Of a DNA stretch of 64,000 nucleotides, positions 46,439 through 54,066 are shown one piece after another. Below the pieces are notes generated by a model that did no database searches, was not told where the DNA came from, and saw only the letters and a program-made list of their open reading frames with translations. Positions within the stretch are counted from its first letter, which is position 1, and each line of letters starts with the position of its first letter. Source of the DNA: a virus; the IMG/VR virus record IMGVR_UViG_3300025141_000029, positions 93,734-157,733 of that record; one strand, 5' to 3'. Position numbers and translations under genes: made by a program.

Positions 46439-47713
46439 TTATAGTATTTCAATTTCGTCTAATTTACTTATCCATTCTCGTTCTTCTCTCGAAGGTAAAA
46501 ATTTCTCAATTAAAGAATTTATTTTTTCATATTGATTCTCTTTCGAAAGATTTTTTAAGAGATGTTTCTGAAGTTGTTTTGCTTGTTTTTTAAACCTTCC
46601 ATGATCTCTATAGATCTCTCTCATTCGAATCTTGAATGAGCCTTGCTCTGGAAAACACCACATTGAATCTTGTTGAATTACGCCATCCCATACTGCTTCT
46701 TTTTGAATTGGCGCCAATGAATATTCAACTTTGGCAAACATAGCTTTATTTTTAATTTTATCTTTTTTATCTTTTGTTGGCATATGAAGAAAATCTACAT
46801 AACCGCTCCAATCAGCAGCAACTATTGGTAAGCCCTCATACGCAGCTTCAAACATAGGTAATCCAAAGCCCTCTCCATGGGTTGTTGTTAGAAGAGCTTT
46901 TATTTTTGAATTACGATAAAGCTGATGTATTTCTTGATCTGTCATATCACCATGAAGAAGATATACTTTACATTTTCTATTTTTATAATCTTCTTTAGAT
47001 AAGATATTTTTTAACATTTCCAAAGTATGATTTCTATCCATTAAAGAATTTTTAGCAAAATTCGTTTTTAAAATTAAACCAACTTCTTGATCAATAAATT
47101 CTTCAACAAACCATTGTATACAATTTACAATATTTTTTCTAGGACTCCATTGTGCGACGGCCAAAAAATTAAAATCAGTTTCTAGATTTAAACTTAAATC
47201 AACATCTTCAAAAGATTTGACAGGATAAGATACAACTTCAATTGGAGTCATACAACGATAATCGGGTATAATTTGTCCTGTTTCTTTTACAGTTGCCTCA
47301 TATTGTGTATTCTCATACACCTGTTTTGAATGATTTGATGGAACAATAATTAAATCCATTATATTTCCATTTTCAATCCAAATAGGTGCGACTTTAGTTG
47401 TTTCAATTCCTGCTGTAACTCCAATATTGATTGGTGCTAATTTTTCCCATTCATTGGGGATAGATACTTGTATAGATATATCAAAAACCGCAGTCTTGTT
47501 GTTGACTACCAATGTTGTTTTTTGTATTATGGAATCCAACCATTCTCTTTCGTCATCATTATCGACAACCCAGCCAGTATGACCCCATCCTAGAGGAATT
47601 ATATATAGATCTAGCTTATCTTCCATAGTTCTTAAAGCCCGTAATAAAAATCGAACATGTTCTCCATATCCAGATCTTGTTAAAACTGGTCCTCTTACTA
47701 ATACTTTTGTCAC
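46439..47713 (-). CDS. Glycosyltransferase family 4
   Basis: SGYGEHVR, TAGIET, IVPSNHSK, RKN, HGEGFGLPMFEAA...WSGYVDF. Confidence 0.88.
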   Translation of the reverse strand: MTKVLVRGPVLTRSGYGEHVRFLLRALRTMEDKLDLYIIPLGWGHTGWVVDNDDEREWLDSIIQKTTLVVNNKTAVFDISIQVSIPNEWEKLAPINIGVTAGIETTKVAPIWIENGNIMDLIIVPSNHSKQVYENTQYEATVKETGQIIPDYRCMTPIEVVSYPVKSFEDVDLSLNLETDFNFLAVAQWSPRKNIVNCIQWFVEEFIDQEVGLILKTNFAKNSLMDRNHTLEMLKNILSKEDYKNRKCKVYLLHGDMTDQEIHQLYRNSKIKALLTTTHGEGFGLPMFEAAYEGLPIVAADWSGYVDFLHMPTKDKKDKIKNKAMFAKVEYSLAPIQKEAVWDGVIQQDSMWCFPEQGSFKIRMREIYRDHGRFKKQAKQLQKHLLKNLSKENQYEKINSLIEKFLPSREEREWISKLDEIEIL

Positions 47714-47714
47714 T

Positions 47715-48983
47715 TTATTGCCTCACTTCAATTAATTGCCATGACTTATAATTTTTTCTTGTTTTCCAAGAGCCATAATTTTCATGAATTTGTTCTAATA
47801 ATTCAGGCCAACGGGCAGAATAATTTTCAAAATTATAATTTTCTTCGACATGTTTCCGTCCCAAAAGTCCAATTTCTTTACGTTGTTCTCTTGTTAGTTC
47901 ATAAATTTTTAGAAGTGCATTAATGAAATCATTTTTAGTAATTCGGTCTTCATATATATATGGTACTTCTTGCGATCCAATGATGGCTTTTGAACTAGGC
48001 TCAATGCCTACTCCAAACCAATTTTTACCATCTGTAACTTGCTCTTGAAGGCCGCCAGTCATATTAACAATAATCGGCGTTCCACATGAAAGAGACTCTA
48101 AAGTAGCTAAGCCAAATCCTTCAGCATCAGATATATTGATAGTACAGTCGGCAAAATTATAAATCTTAGCTAAAATCTGTGGATCGACAGGGTGTGTTGA
48201 AAAAGTTACCTCTCCATTAACCAATCCAAGCTCATTTATTATTGCTGCCAAATCTTGACCAGCACCATCTTTTGGATTAGTATGCATAATCAAAGATGCT
48301 TTATCGTGGCCAATTTTATCCAAAAATTCTTTAAACCAATAAATCAAAGTTCCACTTTGTTTTCTCCTAGCATTTCTATTATTCCAAAAGAATACAGTCT
48401 TGTTTTCCAATTGAGGCATCGCCTCCAACATGAACTCTTTAGTTTCTTGTTCATCCAAAGGTTTAAAAATTTCGCTAGGTACTCCATGTGGAATATAGTG
48501 GCTTTCGACATCTGGTGATACAGTTTTCACAATATCATCAGTCACTTTCGAAATAGCGGCTATCACATCTGTAGAATCATAAAAGACTTTATTAAACTTA
48601 GGATATGGATAGTTATCCCATACATGATAATAGACCATTGGCATTAAACTGCGAATTTCATTTTCAATTTCCCAAAGCCATCCAAAAAATCTAGGATCTG
48701 TCATAAACCAAAGAATGTCTGGTTTATGACTTCGTATCGCAGATCTGATCATATCATGATCACCATATCCATCAACTGGAAATATTAACCAGTCTTCACC
48801 ATATGGATCAACTTTTCGCGGAGTATAATCTGCATGTTTTATTGCTCCCCCAAAACACACAAATTGAAATTTCTTAGTTTTTAAACAAGAATCAATCATA
48901 TATTTTGTTTGTGTACCGACGCCGGAAGGAGATAAAGGATGATCAGATAATACAAGAACTTTAATTTTTTTATTTTCTTTCAT
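47715..48983 (-). CDS. Glycosyltransferase family 4
   Basis: SDHPLSPSGVGTQT, IPHGV, NNRNARRKQ, SDAEGFGLATLESLSCGTPII...TGGLQEQV. Confidence 0.9.
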   Translation of the reverse strand: MKENKKIKVLVLSDHPLSPSGVGTQTKYMIDSCLKTKKFQFVCFGGAIKHADYTPRKVDPYGEDWLIFPVDGYGDHDMIRSAIRSHKPDILWFMTDPRFFGWLWEIENEIRSLMPMVYYHVWDNYPYPKFNKVFYDSTDVIAAISKVTDDIVKTVSPDVESHYIPHGVPSEIFKPLDEQETKEFMLEAMPQLENKTVFFWNNRNARRKQSGTLIYWFKEFLDKIGHDKASLIMHTNPKDGAGQDLAAIINELGLVNGEVTFSTHPVDPQILAKIYNFADCTINISDAEGFGLATLESLSCGTPIIVNMTGGLQEQVTDGKNWFGVGIEPSSKAIIGSQEVPYIYEDRITKNDFINALLKIYELTREQRKEIGLLGRKHVEENYNFENYSARWPELLEQIHENYGSWKTRKNYKSWQLIEVRQ

Positions 48984-48989
48984 AAATAC

Positions 48990-49769
48990 CTATTTTTTAC
49001 ATATTGTGGGCTTGTCTTTAAATGGACAATACATACAAGACAATTTATTTTTTACATATTGTCTATTTTTAATATTGTACATTGCTGTTGACAATAAGTT
49101 AAGCGCATTTTGAGTTTTTTTGGGGCCAGCACTTACCTGGAATATTTCTATTTGATCTTGTTTTGCCGTACGTTTTAAAAGTGCAAAATAAGTTTTAATA
49201 TTTTTTGGATCAATATCGTGTTTTTTGGCAAAAAAATGTTTATATAAAGTTAACTGATAGGTTACTAACCTATCTTGTTTCTTTTGCTGTTTCCAGCCCC
49301 AAGAACAAGTCTTCCAATCAATAATATGATATTCATCATCCTTTTTCAGCACTAAGTCTATAAAACCTTTAAAATTATTTTCTTCTTCTTCGATGGGCTC
49401 ATATAATCTTTCTTCTACAGAAAAAACATCAAATTCTTCAAAATATTCTTTAAGGCCCGGTATCATTTGAGGAGCAAGAAGGGCGCCCTGTTGTCTCATC
49501 TTTTGTACCAAAGAACTATCTAATTTCAGATCTTTGTCTTCTTGAGTCAATGATTTTAATTCATTTAAAAATTGTAGTTCAAAATACTCTTCTGGTGCTG
49601 TATTCGAATCCTCAACAAGAAATTTCTCTCCTACGGCATGAATAGCTTTGCCAAAAGAAGTAAATTCATTACCCTTAAAGATTCTTAATCCATCAAGATA
49701 TTCTAATTTATGCCGATATGGACACTCTGCCCATGTTTTAAGCTCAGAATATGAAATATGTTTTTTCAT
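48990..49769 (-). CDS. PD-(D/E)XK exonuclease, Cas4/AddB/RecB-like, probable Fe-S cluster
   Basis: SYSEL...CP, G.AIH, VEERL, KGFIDLV, IIDWKT, QLTLY, CMYCPF...C (1+3 Cys arrangement). Confidence 0.88.
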   Translation of the reverse strand: MKKHISYSELKTWAECPYRHKLEYLDGLRIFKGNEFTSFGKAIHAVGEKFLVEDSNTAPEEYFELQFLNELKSLTQEDKDLKLDSSLVQKMRQQGALLAPQMIPGLKEYFEEFDVFSVEERLYEPIEEEENNFKGFIDLVLKKDDEYHIIDWKTCSWGWKQQKKQDRLVTYQLTLYKHFFAKKHDIDPKNIKTYFALLKRTAKQDQIEIFQVSAGPKKTQNALNLLSTAMYNIKNRQYVKNKLSCMYCPFKDKPTICKK

Positions 49770-49788
49770 TTTTATAATTCCTATTAAC

Positions 49789-50457
49789 TTAATTTAATAA
49801 TTTTTTTATTTTTTTGATCAAGCTTGGACTTATTGTCTGTAAGTCTCGATGATCACCTAAAATATATTCTTCAAATCCTGTCGCAAAATATTCTCTCAGA
49901 GAAGTAGCAGCATATGGGGTGATAAAGAGTCCATAATTTGTTAATTTATCAAATTTCTCATAGCCTACCACATTTAATAAAAACATGTCAAATGCTCCAT
50001 TATATTTTACATCGTAAAAATCATATTTAGATATATCAAATCCTTGATGTTTAAGGGTGCTTTCTAATTTATGACGCTTTAAAAGAAATTCATCTTCAAT
50101 TTCTTTATCAGAATATATCTGATCTCCATATATTTGTTCTAACGCATGCGAATATTCATGAATAATATCATCTAATAAATCCAACATATCATCTTGATCA
50201 TTAGAAATATACAAATTATTTTGATGATAAAGTGCGTTAATCTTTCTATCATTAAAGATAGCATAATCTCCCACATAAATATTTTTGATCATATCTTTTG
50301 GAGGGAGCGGCAATAATGTTTCAACCGCAGCAATAAGCTCACGCATATCAATATTGTTTGTTAATTTATCTTGTATAATTATAGGAACAGAACCAAATAA
50401 AGTATATTCAAAATTTTGTTTTTGTTGCTCTTTAATCCGATTGATTATTTTTTTCAT
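49789..50457 (-). CDS. HEXXH zinc-metallopeptidase-like protein
   Basis: DIIHEYSHALE and downstream PYAATSLREYFATGFE (YA...EYFA as in lethal-factor/MtfA-like zincins). Start taken at ATG 50457. Confidence 0.65.
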   Translation of the reverse strand: MKKIINRIKEQQKQNFEYTLFGSVPIIIQDKLTNNIDMRELIAAVETLLPLPPKDMIKNIYVGDYAIFNDRKINALYHQNNLYISNDQDDMLDLLDDIIHEYSHALEQIYGDQIYSDKEIEDEFLLKRHKLESTLKHQGFDISKYDFYDVKYNGAFDMFLLNVVGYEKFDKLTNYGLFITPYAATSLREYFATGFEEYILGDHRDLQTISPSLIKKIKKLLN

Positions 50458-50731
50458 TTTCAGTTCTTTTATTATCAGCCTCTTGAAAATCATTTAAAGC
50501 CTGTTCATAACCTCGAAAGAAATTTTCTTCAGCGACTGCTAGCAAAAACTCTGGAAATTCTTGTGCTATTGTTCCAACAATCATCTCTACTGTTACTTCT
50601 CCGCTTTCCGGTCCATGTCGATTACCTACATATTCTATAAGCCATTTTTTTAATTCCGTATCCGGAAATGATTGTTCTAATAAAACAGGATTACGCTCGT
50701 ATATCTTTGAATCTGAATCGTTGATTTCCAT
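50432..50731 (-). CDS. Hypothetical protein (99 aa)
   Basis: AGGAG upstream; ends EFPEFLLAVAEENFFRGYEQAL; no family recognised. Confidence 0.65.
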   Translation of the reverse strand: MEINDSDSKIYERNPVLLEQSFPDTELKKWLIEYVGNRHGPESGEVTVEMIVGTIAQEFPEFLLAVAEENFFRGYEQALNDFQEADNKRTENEKNNQSD

Positions 50732-50786
50732 AAAATGCTCCTTTTCACATTGTATACTTAAGACTATATCATAAAATTTTAATAAT

Positions 50787-52097
50787 TTAAAGTATTTTCG
50801 ATGCCAGCGTAGCCACTTTTGATCTTTCGCCTTTTTTGAGAGTTATATGCCCTGAAACTTCATGTTCTTTAAATTTTTCAATGGCATATGAAAGACCATT
50901 AGAAGTAGCATCTAAATAAGTATTATCAATTTGTTCAATGTCTCCAGTTAAAATAATTTTTGAATTTTCACCAATTCTAGTGACAATTGTTTTTAATTCA
51001 TGAACTGTTAAGTTTTGTGCTTCATCAATAATAACATAAGCATTGGAGATAGAACGACCTCTAATATATGTAAGCGCTTCGATTTCAATAACTCCTTGAT
51101 CCATTAACAAGGACATTGTATCTTTTTTATCACCCATCAAAAATTCTAAATTATCTTGTACGGGCATTAACCATGGGCCCATTTTCTCTTCTAAGGTACC
51201 AGGTAAAAATCCTATATCACGGCCGACTGGCTGAACCGGCCTAGAAACGACCAATTTTTTATACTTATTCTGATCCAAAACTTGATCCAGGCCAGCAGCA
51301 AGAGCTAATAAAGTTTTTCCACAGCCGGCTGGCCCAATCATTGAAATAATGGGAATATCTTCATTCATCAACATATCTAGAGCAAAAGCCTGTTCTTTGT
51401 TTCTAGCTTTTAAACCCCATATTCCTTTATTTTTATATTCATTGATTTTTTGTAATGGTGTATTATTATTAATAAATTTGGCCAATGTTGTATGTTTTGG
51501 ATCTGAGCTAGATATCAGCATGATATATTGGTTTGGATTAAATTTTCCTTCTATGACCTCAGCAGTGATATTTTCGCCGGTATAAAATCTATCAATAATC
51601 TGATCATCGACTAAATGGGTCTTAAAGCCATCGTAAAGCTCTTGGATATCCGAGACTACCTGATTCTCTATATAATCCTCTGAAGGCAAGTCTAAGGCGT
51701 CGCATTTGATACGCATATTGATATCTCTAGATATCACAATTACCTTGCGTTTTGGATTATCTCTTTTTTCTGTTAAGGCTGTGGTAACAATTTGATTATC
51801 AGCATTAGTTTCATCTAACCCAATGGGCATTAAATCTAAATCATACATTTTAACAGATAAAATACCTTTACCTTTTCCCAGACGTATTCCTTTATGAAGA
51901 TTTCCCTTTTCTCTTAAACTATCAAGAATGCGGATTGAAGATCTCGCATTTAAGCCAACTCCATCTTGTCTTTTCTTGTGTTTATCAATCTCTTCTAGAA
52001 CTTTTAATGGAATTATAATATCATTATTCTTAAATGAAAATATAGATTTAGCATTGGTTAAAAAAACATTCGTATCAAGCACATAAGTTTTTTTCAT
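50787..52097 (-). CDS. phoH: PIN-domain + PhoH ATPase fusion (PhoH2/YlaK-like)
   Basis: YVLDTNV, LEEIDKHK, ADNQI, SRDINMRIK (PIN); RNKEQ, GPAGCGKT, DIGFLPG..EEKM.PW, YIRGRS, IIDEAQN, GDIEQID, RS (PhoH). Confidence 0.93.
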   Translation of the reverse strand: MKKTYVLDTNVFLTNAKSIFSFKNNDIIIPLKVLEEIDKHKKRQDGVGLNARSSIRILDSLREKGNLHKGIRLGKGKGILSVKMYDLDLMPIGLDETNADNQIVTTALTEKRDNPKRKVIVISRDINMRIKCDALDLPSEDYIENQVVSDIQELYDGFKTHLVDDQIIDRFYTGENITAEVIEGKFNPNQYIMLISSSDPKHTTLAKFINNNTPLQKINEYKNKGIWGLKARNKEQAFALDMLMNEDIPIISMIGPAGCGKTLLALAAGLDQVLDQNKYKKLVVSRPVQPVGRDIGFLPGTLEEKMGPWLMPVQDNLEFLMGDKKDTMSLLMDQGVIEIEALTYIRGRSISNAYVIIDEAQNLTVHELKTIVTRIGENSKIILTGDIEQIDNTYLDATSNGLSYAIEKFKEHEVSGHITLKKGERSKVATLASKIL

Positions 52098-52127
52098 ATT
52101 TTTCCTAACGTTACAAGTATTTATAGT

Positions 52128-52868
52128 ATGGTGAACTTACTAAAGAAAGCATTTTTATTCTTTTTTATTCTAACTTTAACTAGTTGCGCGCACTCAAATT
52201 TTCAATCATTTGATACTACAGAGATGCTACTCAAGCAAGCAAAAAAATCATTTGTAAAAATTGAAGTTGAAGTGTGGAGCGTCGAATGTATAACGTTAGA
52301 AGATAAGCAAAAAGAATGTATAAAAGAGAAAATAGGAGGAGCATGGGGATCTGGCTCTATTATCAATTACAAGGGCAAGAAACACATATTAACTGTTGCT
52401 CACGTATGTGAAAGTGAAAGAATAAATATGATGGCTTCAATGACCGGTCAAGAAGTTCATTATGATTTTCTAGCAACTGTTGAGGCCAATGATTGGCAAT
52501 CATATGGTGCCAAGCCAATTAAGATCGATCATCAAAATGATATATGTGTGATGTCAGTCGTCGATATTGATGCGCCATATTTAAAAATCTCCAACAAAAG
52601 ACCTTCCTACGGAGAAAAAATCTACACTGTCGCGTCGCCAGGGGGTTTAGCTAAAAATGGAATGGTACCGAACTTCGAAGGCAGATTTCTAGGTATTCAT
52701 GATGGAAGGGCTTTTTATAGTGTACCAGCGATGGGCGGATCAAGCGGTTCTCCATTGATTAACGGAAGAGGTGAAGTTGTAGGTATCACCCATTCGGTAT
52801 ACGCATATTTTCATCACGTAACGGTTTCTACTACTTTTGAAGAATTATGGAAATTTATCGCTAATTAA
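52128..52868 (+). CDS. Trypsin-like serine protease, probable lipoprotein
   Basis: Signal peptide with LTSC lipobox; GSGSII, LTVAHVC (His), DICVM (Asp), GGSSGSPLINGRGEVVGI (Ser). Confidence 0.88.
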   Translation: MVNLLKKAFLFFFILTLTSCAHSNFQSFDTTEMLLKQAKKSFVKIEVEVWSVECITLEDKQKECIKEKIGGAWGSGSIINYKGKKHILTVAHVCESERINMMASMTGQEVHYDFLATVEANDWQSYGAKPIKIDHQNDICVMSVVDIDAPYLKISNKRPSYGEKIYTVASPGGLAKNGMVPNFEGRFLGIHDGRAFYSVPAMGGSSGSPLINGRGEVVGITHSVYAYFHHVTVSTTFEELWKFIAN

Positions 52869-52878
52869 TTGTTATTCT

Positions 52879-53064
52879 TTAAAAAACTTTACTTTTTACT
52901 GATGTGATATCCCAATCACTTTTATTGTGTCTTTTATTGAGACTAGCTTTATATACATAAGCGCCAGGGCATGCCTCCGCAAATGTTTTTGCTTTTATTT
53001 CTAAATTTTCAATTCTTTGTGTAAGTTGATCAAAAAATGTAAAATTATATAATCTATCTTTCAT
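52879..53064 (-). CDS. Hypothetical protein (61 aa)
   Basis: Last of a tightly packed run of small minus-strand ORFs. Confidence 0.5.
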   Translation of the reverse strand: MKDRLYNFTFFDQLTQRIENLEIKAKTFAEACPGAYVYKASLNKRHNKSDWDITSVKSKVF

Positions 53065-53065
53065 A

Positions 53066-53236
53066 TCAATCCAATAATAATTTTTTATTTTTTTCTTTTA
53101 TCTCAGAAACTTCTTCATCAATAACAAATTCTTCCAAGTGCATTTCTGCTAAATGAGGATATTTTTTAATCAATTCTTTGAGGGTCATATTTTCCTCCCT
53201 CATTATTTCTTTTATTTTTTTTGTTACGTTTGACAT
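53066..53236 (-). CDS. Hypothetical protein (start likely MSNVTKK)
   Basis: ATG at 53236 with purine-rich upstream; overlaps the 3' end of the preceding ORF. Confidence 0.5.
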   Translation of the reverse strand: MSNVTKKIKEIMREENMTLKELIKKYPHLAEMHLEEFVIDEEVSEIKEKNKKLLLD

Positions 53237-53468
53237 TTTTCTTTTTTTCCTTCTTGGTTTCAAAATCTGGATGTAAACGCGTTTTTACAACAAATTGATT
53301 TTTTGACGATAAGAAATGAATTTTAACTTGCATTCCTTTATGCTTCTCATCATTTTTCCAAATACGTAAAAGCTTATTGCGAAGACTATCGGCCGACTCA
53401 TACGTTTGATGAAATGAATCATCTTTCCATGGTTTGCCCGGGCCGGCCACTTCTTGTTTTTCCAACAT
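53166..53468 (-). CDS. Hypothetical basic protein (100 aa)
   Basis: ATG 3 nt after the upstream stop, AAGGT upstream; Lys-rich tail. Confidence 0.55.
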   Translation of the reverse strand: MLEKQEVAGPGKPWKDDSFHQTYESADSLRNKLLRIWKNDEKHKGMQVKIHFLSSKNQFVVKTRLHPDFETKKEKKKNVKRNKKNKRNNEGGKYDPQRID

Positions 53469-53471
53469 AAA

Positions 53472-53651
53472 CTACCTTTTCTGTAAAGTTGTTACGACTT
53501 TTTTCATATCACTGGCAACTTGACTCTTAAACGTACCAATTTCTGCTTTGAGCAGAGCTAAATCATCAGCAATTAGACCAATTCTATTTGTTAAACGATT
53601 GATTGTTTCTTTTTGTGTATCTACTACTTTAATAAGTTCTACATTGGTCAT
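53472..53651 (-). CDS. Small coiled-coil hypothetical protein (59 aa)
   Basis: Not in ORF track; MTNVELIKVVDTQKETINRLTNRIGLIADDLALLKAEIGTFKSQVASDMKKVVTTLQKR* with AGGAGGT just upstream. Confidence 0.75.
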   Translation of the reverse strand: MTNVELIKVVDTQKETINRLTNRIGLIADDLALLKAEIGTFKSQVASDMKKVVTTLQKR

Positions 53652-53706
53652 GGTGGACCTCCTTTAATAAATTATAATTATAATATAACACATCTATAAT
53701 AACATG

Positions 53707-54066
53707 TTAATCTTTAATAAACCAATTTTCTATTTTAAATTTTTTCAAAAGTTTACGAAATTCATTTTTGTTTATACCCAGCATAGCAGCAGCTTCATTT
53801 TTTGTTCTACAGGCACTATTGGCATATTTTAAAACTGCATCTTTCGCAATATTTGGAATTTCTTTCCAAATATTAAAACCATATAATTTACCATTGACTG
53901 AATTGGCAGCCAATTCTAAACGAAGAGCGATAATTTCTTCGAGAGTCAAAGCAGAAAGCAAAATTTCAAAATCAGTTGTAATTTTGGCTTCAGACTTTAA
54001 CTTGTTTGAGATAGAATAATACTCTTGGCCAGGCCTGGAATATTTTTTTCTTTTAAACTTCCACAC
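53707..54066 (-). CDS. Putative DNA-binding protein with C-terminal Fis-type helix-turn-helix
   Basis: KDAVLKYANSACRTKNEAAAMLGINKNEFRKLLKKF resembles HTH_8 (N...AA..LGI....L...LK). Confidence 0.6.
   Translation of the reverse strand: MWKFKRKKYSRPGQEYYSISNKLKSEAKITTDFEILLSALTLEEIIALRLELAANSVNGKLYGFNIWKEIPNIAKDAVLKYANSACRTKNEAAAMLGINKNEFRKLLKKFKIENWFIKD

Noticed and set aside
28355-48983. Chimeric assembly with a bacterial LPS/O-antigen locus
   Set aside because: Same strand, similar composition, overlapping junctions with phage genes at both ends, and no Wzx/Wzy/ABC genes; read mapping would be the final test.
48990-49769. CRISPR-Cas locus suggested by the Cas4-like nuclease
   Set aside because: No repeat-spacer array or other cas genes seen; solo PD-(D/E)XK nucleases are common in phages.
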